Below are positions 1-8,664 of a stretch of DNA of 64,000 nt, one piece after another; within the stretch, counting starts at the first letter, position 1; each line of letters starts with the position of its first letter. This DNA is from Candidatus Latescibacterota bacterium. Its GTDB lineage: Bacteria; Latescibacterota; UBA2968; UBA8231. A model generated the notes under the pieces. The model made no database searches. It was not told where the DNA came from and was given only the letters and a program-made list of their open reading frames with translations. The stretch is from the NCBI GenBank assembly GCA_964291625.2, contig OZ220090.1, positions 512,001 through 576,000 on the forward strand, read 5' to 3'. The position numbers and the translations under genes were made by a program.

Positions 1-423
1 GGCCTGGGTGGTCTGATGGGGGCCGTCTCCTCCGCCGTCATGGGCCGGTTCTCCGATCGTCTCGGCCCGCGCCGCGTGCTCGTGGGCGGCCTGTGGGCAG
101 CGGCCGTCCTCTACCTGGCCCAGGGATTCTCCACCACGGTGTGGGCCCTCGGAACGCTGATCATCCTCAACGGTGTGGCCACCGGGTCGGTGCGGCCCGT
201 GGCCAACTCGGTGCTCACGCGGATCATCGCTGAAGAGGACCGGGGCAAGGCCTTCGGGGTCATGTCGAGCATGGCCGCCCTGGGCTGGGCCCTCGGCCCC
301 CTGGCCGGCAGCTACCTGGGGGCGGAGCTGGGATTCCGGTCGGTGTTCTACGCGACCTCGGTGCTCTTTCTCGCAGTCGGCGGCTGGGCGTGGCTGGCCA
401 TGGGCCGCGATCGGAAAGGATGA
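1..423 (+). CDS. MFS transporter, C-terminal part (truncated by window start)
   Basis: GRFSDRLGPRRVL (MFS motif A), EDRGKAFG, GPLAGSYL; hydrophobic helices. Confidence 0.85.
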   Translation, partial: GLGGLMGAVSSAVMGRFSDRLGPRRVLVGGLWAAAVLYLAQGFSTTVWALGTLIILNGVATGSVRPVANSVLTRIIAEEDRGKAFGVMSSMAALGWALGPLAGSYLGAELGFRSVFYATSVLFLAVGGWAWLAMGRDRKG

Positions 424-1439
424 GAGCGATGGATCGTCCCGCGGTGCTCGTCGATGCCGGACCTCACGCGGCCGACGCGGACTGGAAGCGGCTGGAGGAA
501 GTCGCCGAGGTCGTTCGGATCACCGGCGAGCGCGACGAGGCCGGCCTGATCGCGGACCTGGCAGGATGTACGGGGCTGATCACCCAGGGCGGGCGCCTGC
601 CGCCACTCACCGAGACCCTCTTCCGCGCCTGTCCGGAGTTGCGCATCGTCGGAGTGCGGGGCGACCGTTTCGGCACCGGCGTCGACCTGCCGGCCGCTCA
701 CCGACACGGCGTGCTCGTCGTCGACACGGACAACATTTCCTCGGCACCGCCCGTGGCCGAGTGGGACCTGGCCATGATGCTGATCTGCCTGCGCAACGCG
801 GGGGCCGTGTACCGCCAGATGATCGCCGGCACCGAGACCTGGGCGGTGGCCGGCAACGAGGACTTCGTCCACGGCGAGCTGACGGGGAAGCGGGTGGGGC
901 TGGTCGGGTGCGGGCACGTCGGCCAGCGGCTGATCGATCTGCTGGCGCCCTTCCGCGTCGATCTGCTGGTGAGCGACCCCTACCTGGAGGAGGAGGTCGC
1001 CGAGGGACTGGGCATCCGCCGCGGCAGCCTGGAGGAGGTTCTCGACCACGCCGAGATCCTCGTGGTGCAGGTGCCGCACACACCGAGGACGGAAGGCCTC
1101 ATCGGCGCCGCCGAGCTGGAGCGGCTGGGCGACGGCAGGATCCTGGTCAACTGCAGCCGCGGCAAGGTGATCGACCACCAGGCCCTGGTGGCGCGACTGC
1201 GGGCCGGGCGGCTGATCGCGGGCCTCGACGTCTTCGACCCGGAGCCCCTGCCCGCCGACAGTCTCCTGCGCCGCCTGCCGAACGTGTTCTGCACCCCCCA
1301 CATCGCCTGGTACGCGCCCCACGTCTTCCACCGCTACTTCGGCAGCCTCGTGGACGAGTTCATCCGCTTCTTCAACGGCGATGAGCTGCGCTACGAGCTG
1401 ACCCAGCGGATGGTCGACATCCGCCACGGCCGGATGTAG
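420..1439 (+). CDS. D-isomer-specific 2-hydroxyacid dehydrogenase (phosphoglycerate dehydrogenase-like)
   Basis: GLVGCGHVG Rossmann motif, LVNCSRG, GLDVFDPEP, TPHIA; ATGA overlap with MFS stop. Confidence 0.9.
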   Translation: MRAMDRPAVLVDAGPHAADADWKRLEEVAEVVRITGERDEAGLIADLAGCTGLITQGGRLPPLTETLFRACPELRIVGVRGDRFGTGVDLPAAHRHGVLVVDTDNISSAPPVAEWDLAMMLICLRNAGAVYRQMIAGTETWAVAGNEDFVHGELTGKRVGLVGCGHVGQRLIDLLAPFRVDLLVSDPYLEEEVAEGLGIRRGSLEEVLDHAEILVVQVPHTPRTEGLIGAAELERLGDGRILVNCSRGKVIDHQALVARLRAGRLIAGLDVFDPEPLPADSLLRRLPNVFCTPHIAWYAPHVFHRYFGSLVDEFIRFFNGDELRYELTQRMVDIRHGRM

Positions 1440-1457
1440 CACCCGGGTACACGAAGA

Positions 1458-1492
1458 AGGGGAGGTGCGCCCCGGTCGGAGGCACCTCCCCT
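1458..1492 (-). terminator. Hairpin between convergent genes, probable intrinsic terminator
   Basis: AGGGGAGGTGC...GCACCTCCCCT 11-bp stem, followed by TCTTCGTGT on the minus strand. Confidence 0.6.
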
Positions 1493-1519
1493 GATGACTG
1501 TCGGGCTGCTATCCCCGAA

Positions 1520-2479
1520 TCAGCTCTTCTTCGCCTTGGCCTTGCCCGCCTTGCGCTTCTTCGCGGCCTTGGACCTGGCCAGGGCGCGGCCGGGGAAGGT
1601 CAGCTCGGCGATGCCGGACTTGTCGAGCTCGCCCTTGCCAAGGTCGATCATCCGTGCAAACTGGGCCTTCGTCCGTCGGGCCAACGGCAGATCCAGGCCC
1701 TTCTGCCGGGCCAGGGCCAAGGCGATGCCGGAGTCCTTGGCCGCGTGAGCGGCGGAGAAGTAGCACTCGTGGTCGCGGGCGACCATGTCCTCGCCGTCCG
1801 TCTCCAGAACCCGCGAGTTGGCGCCGGTCTGGGAGAACACCTCCATCAGGACCTCCAGGTCGAGGCCCAGGGCCTTGCCGAGGCCCAGCCCCTCGGCGAG
1901 TCCGGCGGTGTTGATGTTCATCACCATGTTGACCAGGGCCTTCACCTGGGCCGCCTTGCCCGTGGAGCCGATGTAGCGCAGGTCGACGCTCATGCTGTCG
2001 AGGAGCGGCCTGCAGCGGTCGAAGACCGCCTTCCGGCCGCCGCACATCAGGTACAGGGTCCCCTCGCGCGCCTGGGTGATGGAGCTGGCCATGCAGCCTT
2101 CGAGGCTGCGGGCGCCGGCCTTGGAGGCCCGCTTCTCCACCAGCACGTGGGTGTCGGGGGTGATGGTGGCGCAGTTGATGAAGGTCTTGTCCTCTGCGCC
2201 CTGGAGGAGACTGTCGCCGCGCTCGGCGAAGATCGACTTCATGGAGCGGTCGTCGGTGACCACGGTGATGATGTAGTCGGCCCCTGCCGTGACCTCCGCC
2301 AGCTTCGCGGCGGCCTTGGCCTCCAGCTCCTTCGCCACGGAGGCCGCCAGCTTCGCATTGACGTCGTACACGGTGGTGACGGGGAAGCCGTCATCCTTCA
2401 GGTGGCGGGCGATGTTGGCGCCCATGCGGCCCACTCCGACGACTCCCACGGAGTAGTCGGCTTTCCTGATACGTGGCAT
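1520..2479 (-). CDS. NAD(P)-dependent beta-hydroxyacid dehydrogenase (3-hydroxyisobutyrate DH / tartronate semialdehyde reductase family)
   Basis: VGVVGVGRMGANIARHL, MCGGRKAVF, VKALVN catalytic Lys, AAKD; start MPRIRK with CAGGAG RBS. Confidence 0.88.
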   Translation of the reverse strand: MPRIRKADYSVGVVGVGRMGANIARHLKDDGFPVTTVYDVNAKLAASVAKELEAKAAAKLAEVTAGADYIITVVTDDRSMKSIFAERGDSLLQGAEDKTFINCATITPDTHVLVEKRASKAGARSLEGCMASSITQAREGTLYLMCGGRKAVFDRCRPLLDSMSVDLRYIGSTGKAAQVKALVNMVMNINTAGLAEGLGLGKALGLDLEVLMEVFSQTGANSRVLETDGEDMVARDHECYFSAAHAAKDSGIALALARQKGLDLPLARRTKAQFARMIDLGKGELDKSGIAELTFPGRALARSKAAKKRKAGKAKAKKS

Positions 2480-2645
2480 CTCGCGGCTCCTGTCTGCAAC
2501 AGGTGCGGTTGAGGGTCGAAGGGCCGGGAAGATAGCCCGCAGTCCCAGGGGGCACAACGAGAGTTCCGACCCTCCGGAGCGCCGCAATCTGGACACCCTC
2601 ACACGTCCCCGCTTACCTTTGCCCTCCCTTTCACAGGAGCCTCGC

Positions 2646-3440
2646 GTGAAGATCGGACCCACCCAGATCATCCTGCCCGGCATGAGCCTCGAGGACACCC
2701 TTGCCCTCTGCATCGAGGCCGGGTACGACGCCGTGGAGCTCACCTTCACCGCCTCCGGCAAGGACCTCAACGTCGAGATGAGCGACGACGAGCTCCAGGC
2801 CGTGTCGAGACGCTGCGGCGAGGCGGGGGTGACCATCGCCGCCTCCATCGCGCACTACGCCGAGCGCGGCAACCTGATGAGCCGTGACCCGGTCGAGCGC
2901 CGGGCCTGCAGCCGCTGCCTGGCCCGCTCGCTGGAGATCGCCGGCCGGATCGGCACCGACGCCGTCCTCCTGCACCCGGGCCAGCTCGAGGCGGAAGGGA
3001 CCTACGCCCAGGCCTGGGACGATCTCGTGGGCGCCCTGTGGGAGCTGGCACCTCTGGCGGAACGGCACCGGGCGGCGATCGCCGTGGAGAACGTGTGGAA
3101 CAAGTTCATGCTGAGCCCGCGCGAGGCGGTGCAGCTCACCGACGAGGTCGGCAGCGAGTGGGTGGGGATCTACCTCGATACGGCCAACATGATGGCCTAC
3201 GGCCACCCCGAGCACTGGATCCGCGATCTCGGGAGCCGCATCCGGAAGGTGCATCTCAAGGACTTCGACCGCGGAGCGGGGCGCTTCGTCGACCTCATGG
3301 ACGGCGACACCGACTGGCCGGCGGTGATCGCCGAGCTGCGCGCCGCCGGCTACGACGGCACCCTGATCCACGAGGTCGGCGGCGACCGGGCCAGGCAGAT
3401 CGAGATGGCCGCGCGCATGCGCAGCATCGTCGCCGGCTGA
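2646..3440 (+). CDS. Sugar phosphate isomerase/epimerase (xylose isomerase-like TIM barrel)
   Basis: GYDAVEL, AVENVWNKF, YLDTAN, KVHLKDF, GYDGTLIHE; GTG start after CAGGAG. Confidence 0.85.
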   Translation: MKIGPTQIILPGMSLEDTLALCIEAGYDAVELTFTASGKDLNVEMSDDELQAVSRRCGEAGVTIAASIAHYAERGNLMSRDPVERRACSRCLARSLEIAGRIGTDAVLLHPGQLEAEGTYAQAWDDLVGALWELAPLAERHRAAIAVENVWNKFMLSPREAVQLTDEVGSEWVGIYLDTANMMAYGHPEHWIRDLGSRIRKVHLKDFDRGAGRFVDLMDGDTDWPAVIAELRAAGYDGTLIHEVGGDRARQIEMAARMRSIVAG

Positions 3441-3448
3441 GGACGGCC

Positions 3449-4177
3449 ATGAGCGGCATCTACCTGAGAAACTGGCGCGACTTCCAGCCGAAGATCGCCC
3501 ACCTCAGCGCCGTCCACTGGGGCGGGCTGAGGGCCGTGGAGAGGGACTCCGGGGACGAGCGCGACCGGCTCACCCGGCTGGGCGGGTTCGCCCGGCACGC
3601 CCTGCAGGGCCGCAAGACCTCCGATCACCACAAGCACGAGAGCCTGGAGCAGGTCTACTACGTGCTGTCGGGCGCGGGGGAGGTCCTCTACGACGGCAGC
3701 CGCTACGCCGTGGAGGCCGGGGACGCCATCTACCTGCCCTCCGGCGTCCACCACCAGATGTTCAACGACGCCAGCGACGACTGGCTCGAGCACCACGTGA
3801 TCTCCCAGCCGGTGGACGGCAACGGCGGCCGCTTCTGCGTGCGCCACTGGCGCCAGGCCTCCCCAGACGGGGACGGCGGCGGCGCGGTGCGCTGGCGTCA
3901 GCTCGCTCCCGAAGAAGGCTGCGGCCGGGGGGCCTGTCTGCGCGGCATGGCTTCCATCGACCGCTGGGCCGTGCAGCCCCACAGCGCCAGCGCCGAGCAC
4001 GCGGAGGACGAGCTGGAGCAGGTGTGCTACGTGCTCGGAGGCCGGGGAGTCCTGCATGCCGCGAGCTCGGAGCACGAGATCAGCGAGGGCGACATGGCCC
4101 ACCTGCCTCCGGGCACCCGCCACGCCGTGCACAATCCGCACGACGATTGGCTCACCCTCCTCGTGATGGCGGCCTGA
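3449..4177 (+). CDS. Bicupin (two cupin domains) protein
   Basis: HKHESLEQVYYVLSG...GDAIYLPSGVHH and EHAEDELEQVCYVLGG...GDMAHLPPGTRH. Confidence 0.8.
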   Translation: MSGIYLRNWRDFQPKIAHLSAVHWGGLRAVERDSGDERDRLTRLGGFARHALQGRKTSDHHKHESLEQVYYVLSGAGEVLYDGSRYAVEAGDAIYLPSGVHHQMFNDASDDWLEHHVISQPVDGNGGRFCVRHWRQASPDGDGGGAVRWRQLAPEEGCGRGACLRGMASIDRWAVQPHSASAEHAEDELEQVCYVLGGRGVLHAASSEHEISEGDMAHLPPGTRHAVHNPHDDWLTLLVMAA

Positions 4178-4179
4178 GC

Positions 4180-4410
4180 ATGTCCGCCGAGACGGCCGGG
4201 CTGCATCGGACCCTCACAAGCCTGATGGCCGCCATCCGCAGCGGCGACGGAGAGGCCCTGCGCCGAGACTTGGCCGCCGTCGACCGTCAGCGCGAGGCCC
4301 TGGGCGAGGAAGCCCCGCCGATGCTCCGGCACTACCTCGAGAGGCGCAGCTACGAGAAGGCCCTCGCCTTTCTCGAAGGGGGTGACGAGAGCCTCGAGGC
4401 AGGGGGCTGA
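4180..4410 (+). CDS. Small hypothetical helical protein
   Basis: ATG 2 nt after the cupin stop; PPMLRHYLERRSYEKALAFL. Confidence 0.6.
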   Translation: MSAETAGLHRTLTSLMAAIRSGDGEALRRDLAAVDRQREALGEEAPPMLRHYLERRSYEKALAFLEGGDESLEAGG

Positions 4411-4759
4411 GCAGCTTCGAGGGGCAGCCGCCCTGGCCCCCCGCCGCACCTCCCCATCCCGCTGGCAGGACTTCTACGCCGTCATCGCCCTCATCCCCAG
4501 GGGGCGAGTGGCCACCTACGGGCAGATCGCCAGCCTGGCGGGCTACCGCGGCCATGCCCGCCAGGTGGGGTATGCCCTGGCCGCCGCACCGGATACGCCC
4601 GACCTGCCCTGGCACCGGGTCATCAACGCCAGGGGGGAGGTCTCGCCGAGGGCCCGCTCCCAGGCTCACGGCTATCAGCAGTCGCTGCTCCAGGAGGAAG
4701 GGGTCGAGTTCGTGAACGGCCGGGTCGACCTGGGGCGCTACGGCTGGGAGGGCAGGTGA
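4382..4759 (+). CDS. Alkyltransferase-like protein (MGMT family, Atl/YbaZ type)
   Basis: IPRGRVATYGQIA, ARQVGYAL and PWHRV (Trp in place of the catalytic Cys); start uncertain. Confidence 0.85.
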   Translation: MTRASRQGAEQLRGAAALAPRRTSPSRWQDFYAVIALIPRGRVATYGQIASLAGYRGHARQVGYALAAAPDTPDLPWHRVINARGEVSPRARSQAHGYQQSLLQEEGVEFVNGRVDLGRYGWEGR

Positions 4760-6123
4760 GGCCGGGGATCCCCGCCGGCAGCCTGGACCGCCCGATTCTG
4801 CGGCTGGCGGTCCCCGGCCTGCTGGCGTCGGTCTCCGTACCCCTCATCGGTATCGCCGATACCGCCATGATCGGTCATCTTCCCGAGGTGGCCCTCCTCG
4901 GGGCGGTTGCCACGGCCAGCGTGCTCTTCGACTTCCTCTTCTGGGGCGCCGGCTTCCTGCGCATGGGGACGACTTCGATCGTCTCCCAGCACCACGGCGC
5001 CGGCGACCGCTCCGGAAGCGCCGCCGCCCTCCTCCGGGCCCTGGTGCTCGCCGCCGTCCTCGGCCTGCTCATCCTGATGATCCGGGGACCGGTCGCCGAA
5101 ATCGGTTTCACCCTCGTCGGTGGTTCCGAGCAGGTCCAACTGTGGGGCCGGCAGTACTTCGACATCCGTGTTCTCGGCGTGCCCCTGGTGCTGGCCACTC
5201 TGGTCCTCAACGGCTTCTTCCTCGGATCGGCCAATGCCTGGGCCCCCCTGGTGGTGACGGTGGTGACCAATCTGGTCAACATCGTGGCCGACTATGCCCT
5301 GATCTTCGGCCACTGGGGAGCGCCGGAGCTGGGGGTGATCGGTGCGGCCTGGGCGTCGGTGGTAGCCGCCGCCACCGGATTCGCCCTGGGGGTATGCGTC
5401 CTCCTGGCCTTCTATCGAGGGACGGTCTTCGGCTCCCGGCCCCAAACCCTTCTCGACCCGGGCAGGCTCCGGCACATGCTCTCCACCAACCTCAACCTCT
5501 GCGGCCGCACCCTGTGCCTGCTGGCCGCGCAGCTCTTCCTGGTGGCCCTCGTGGCCCGCATGGGCGAGGTGCCGCTGGCGGCGCACGCCGTGGTCTGGCA
5601 GCTGTGGTCCCTGGTGAGCTACGGAGTCGACGGCTTCGCCCACGCCGCCGAAGCCCTCGTGGGCAACCGTCTCGGAGCCGGGGATCGGTTGGCGGCGCGG
5701 CAATACGCCCGCCGGATCCTCGTCTGGGGGGCTGGGATCGGACTGCTCTTCAGCGGCATCTACGCCGTCGGCCTGGAGCGGATCGCCGGCTGGTTCACCC
5801 CCCATGCGGAGGTCGTGGCAGCCGTCGCCTCGCTGACGGTGCTGGTCGCCGTCGTGCAGCCCCTGAATGCGCTGGTCTTCGTTCTCGACGGGATCTTCAT
5901 CGGGGCCAACGATGCGACCTACCTCTTCCGGGCCATGGCCCTGGCCGCCTTCGCCGGCTTCGCACCCGCTGCGGTCCTCCTCGTGATCGCCCTCGAAGGC
6001 GGGCTGGTCTCGGCTTGGAGCGCCTACATCGTCCTCATGCTCGGACGCTTCCTGCCCCTCGCCCGGCGCTACCGCGGCGGGGCCTGGCAGCGAACCTTCC
6101 TGACCACTTCCACGGGAGTATGA
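4756..6123 (+). CDS. MATE family efflux transporter (DinF-like)
   Basis: ILRLAVP, PLIGIADTAMIGHL, FLRMGTT, LAAHAV, DGFAHAAEALVG. Confidence 0.9.
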   Translation: MRPGIPAGSLDRPILRLAVPGLLASVSVPLIGIADTAMIGHLPEVALLGAVATASVLFDFLFWGAGFLRMGTTSIVSQHHGAGDRSGSAAALLRALVLAAVLGLLILMIRGPVAEIGFTLVGGSEQVQLWGRQYFDIRVLGVPLVLATLVLNGFFLGSANAWAPLVVTVVTNLVNIVADYALIFGHWGAPELGVIGAAWASVVAAATGFALGVCVLLAFYRGTVFGSRPQTLLDPGRLRHMLSTNLNLCGRTLCLLAAQLFLVALVARMGEVPLAAHAVVWQLWSLVSYGVDGFAHAAEALVGNRLGAGDRLAARQYARRILVWGAGIGLLFSGIYAVGLERIAGWFTPHAEVVAAVASLTVLVAVVQPLNALVFVLDGIFIGANDATYLFRAMALAAFAGFAPAAVLLVIALEGGLVSAWSAYIVLMLGRFLPLARRYRGGAWQRTFLTTSTGV

Positions 6124-6124
6124 A

Positions 6125-6499
6125 ATGTCCTTCTTCCAGGTAGACGACCTGCCCCGGCTGGAGCTGTTCCCGAAGGCCCTGAGCGGCATCGTGCAGGGAG
6201 AGCACCTGATGCTGTCCTTCCTCGAGCTGGCCCCGGGCTGCCGGATCCCGGAGCACAGCCACCCCCACGAGCAGGCCGGACTCGTGCTGTCGGGGAGGCT
6301 CCGGTTCCGCATCGGCGAGGAGGAGCGTGTCTCCGGCCCGGGGGATGCCTTCCTGGTTCCGCCGAACGTGGTCCACGAGGGCGAGGTGGTCGGGGACGAG
6401 GCCTGCCGGGTCCTCGATGTCTTCAGCCCTCCCCGCGAGGACTACGCCGACCGCTACAACCGCTACACGGAGACCTCGCAGGAGACCCGCTGGCGCTGA
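6125..6499 (+). CDS. Cupin domain protein
   Basis: PEHSHPHEQAG, GDAFLVPPNVVH, DVFSPPREDY. Confidence 0.85.
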   Translation: MSFFQVDDLPRLELFPKALSGIVQGEHLMLSFLELAPGCRIPEHSHPHEQAGLVLSGRLRFRIGEEERVSGPGDAFLVPPNVVHEGEVVGDEACRVLDVFSPPREDYADRYNRYTETSQETRWR

Positions 6500-6577
6500 G
6501 GGGGACTTGCAGCGCGCGTATTGTGCCGCCACCGCTGATTGCAGAGGATTCACCGACCGCCAACAAGGAGATCCCTC

Positions 6578-7525
6578 TTGAGCACCCGAGAGCTGACCGC
6601 AGCCGACTGCCGCGACGTCCTCGTCGTGGCCATCACACCCCGAGGGCCCGAGGGCTCCGTCGACCTGGCCGGCGTAGGCCGCAACGTGCAGCATCTCATC
6701 GACAACGGGGCCCGCTTCCTGATGCCCATGTGCGGCACGGGCCTGGTCTACGACGCCACCCTGGAGGAGTTCGAGAGCGTCACCGGGGCTTTCCTCGACG
6801 CCGCCGACGGCCGGGCCCTGGTGGTTCCAGGCATCGGCCCGGGCTACGGCCGCGCCCTGGAGATGGCGGGCATCGCCCGTGGTCTGGGGGTGGCGGGAGC
6901 CATGATCATGCCCATCGTCGGCCCGGCCTCGGCGGGGGGGGTGTCCGAGGGCCTGGCCCGCATCGCGGGGGCCGCGGGCTTCCCGGTAGTCCTGTACCAG
7001 CGCCGGCTCGACATCATGCCCGTGGACGGCGTCGTCGACCTGTGCCACCGCGACGACGTGGTGGCGCTGAAGTACGCCGTTGATGACGTGCAGGCCTTCC
7101 GCCGCATCGCCGACGGCGCCGGTGCGGCGTGCGCCATGGTCTGCGGCATGGCCGAGGATCCCAGCGTGGAGTACCTCCGGGCCGGGGCCGTTGGCTTCAG
7201 CTCGGGGATGGCCAACTTCGTCCCCCGCATGAGCCTGAACCTGCTCTCCGCCTTCCAGCGGGGGGACGTGGAGGAGGCGGAGCGCTTGCGGAGGCTCATG
7301 GTGCCCTTCGAGGACCTCCGCGGGGAGAACGGGGCCCGCTACTCCGGTTCCGCCCTGCACGCGGCCATGGACTACGCAGGCCTCGCAGGCGGCCCCGTGA
7401 TCCCCTTCGCCGAGGACGTGGAGGCCGGCGACCTACCGCGGGTCCAGGAGTTGATGGACCTTCTCCTGGCCGAGGAGACCCGTCTGCAGGGAGACTCGAT
7501 CGCCGCCGGGGGCGGGGCTTCGTGA
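6578..7525 (+). CDS. Dihydrodipicolinate synthase-family aldolase/dehydratase (KdgD-like)
   Basis: AITP, VVLYQR, VVALKYA Schiff-base Lys, GAVGFSSGMANFVP; TTG start after AAGGAG. Confidence 0.8.
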   Translation: MSTRELTAADCRDVLVVAITPRGPEGSVDLAGVGRNVQHLIDNGARFLMPMCGTGLVYDATLEEFESVTGAFLDAADGRALVVPGIGPGYGRALEMAGIARGLGVAGAMIMPIVGPASAGGVSEGLARIAGAAGFPVVLYQRRLDIMPVDGVVDLCHRDDVVALKYAVDDVQAFRRIADGAGAACAMVCGMAEDPSVEYLRAGAVGFSSGMANFVPRMSLNLLSAFQRGDVEEAERLRRLMVPFEDLRGENGARYSGSALHAAMDYAGLAGGPVIPFAEDVEAGDLPRVQELMDLLLAEETRLQGDSIAAGGGAS

Positions 7526-8640
7526 GCGGAGACGCCCCCCCGGTACGGGTCGCCCTGATCGGCCTCGGCGGCGTCTGCTCGAGCGTCCACTACCCCGGCC
7601 TGTCCCGCATCCCCGGGGTGGAGATCACCGCCCTCTGCGACGTGGACCGGGAGCAACTCGCACTCCGCGCCGCGGAGTGGGGCGTCGAGAGCTGCTACTC
7701 CGGCCTGGACGACCTCGCGAGCGCTGCCGATGTGGACGCGGTGGTCATCGCCACTCCCAATCACCAGCACCGACCGTTGATCGAGGGCGCTCTCGGAGCC
7801 GGCTTCCATGTCTTGTGCGAGAAGCCCCTTGGGATGAACCTGGCCGAGGCCATGGCGATCTACCGCCTCGCCGCCGCCTCGGGCCGGCGGCACATGACCG
7901 CCTTCACCTACCGCTTCGTACCGGCCATGGCCTACCTGAAGTCGCTGGTGGAGGCGGGAGAGCTCGGCCGGGTCCGCCACGCACGGATCCAGAGGCTGCA
8001 GGACTGGGGGGAGAGGGCCATCGGTTGGCGCCAGTACCGCCGGCTGGCGGGACTGGGGGAGCTGGGGGACATGGGCATCCACCGCATCGACTACGCCGAG
8101 GACCTGATGGGGCCCATGCGCTCGGTGTGCGCGTCGATGAAGCGGCTCCTGCCCCGGGACCGGACGGTGGACGGCCAGCCCTGCCCACCCCAGGACGTCG
8201 AGGACTGGGTCGCCTGGATCGCCGAGTTCGAGTGCGGCGCTACCGGCGTCTTCGAGATGGGGAAGCTCTCCAAGGGGCGCGGGCCCCGGGGCGACCACGA
8301 CCTGGCGGAGATCAACGGCACGGAGGCCTCTGCCGTCTACCACTTGCACCGGCCCCACGAGATCCTCTTCGCCAGGAGGGGAGAGCCTTACCGGGTACGC
8401 CCGGTGCCACCGGCTTACCTCACGAGTCCGGGCTCGCCCCGGGATCCTGCGCAGGGGGATCCGACGGCCACCTTCCGCTACGACCAAGCCTGGGAGTTCA
8501 TCAGCGCCATCCGCGGCGAGAGGGAGTGCATGCCTTCCTTCTACCACGGCATGCGGGCCCAGGCCGTGGCCGAAGCGGTGGAGGCGGCCTCCCGTGAGCG
8601 CCGGTGGGTCGATGTCCCGGAGGTCGCCGCTGCGGCGTGA
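7522..8640 (+). CDS. Gfo/Idh/MocA family oxidoreductase
   Basis: VALIGLG, DAVVIATPNHQH, HVLCEKP, DMGIHRID; GTGA overlap. Confidence 0.9.
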   Translation: MSGDAPPVRVALIGLGGVCSSVHYPGLSRIPGVEITALCDVDREQLALRAAEWGVESCYSGLDDLASAADVDAVVIATPNHQHRPLIEGALGAGFHVLCEKPLGMNLAEAMAIYRLAAASGRRHMTAFTYRFVPAMAYLKSLVEAGELGRVRHARIQRLQDWGERAIGWRQYRRLAGLGELGDMGIHRIDYAEDLMGPMRSVCASMKRLLPRDRTVDGQPCPPQDVEDWVAWIAEFECGATGVFEMGKLSKGRGPRGDHDLAEINGTEASAVYHLHRPHEILFARRGEPYRVRPVPPAYLTSPGSPRDPAQGDPTATFRYDQAWEFISAIRGERECMPSFYHGMRAQAVAEAVEAASRERRWVDVPEVAAAA

Positions 8641-8664
8641 GACCCGCCCGCCGAGACCCGCTCG

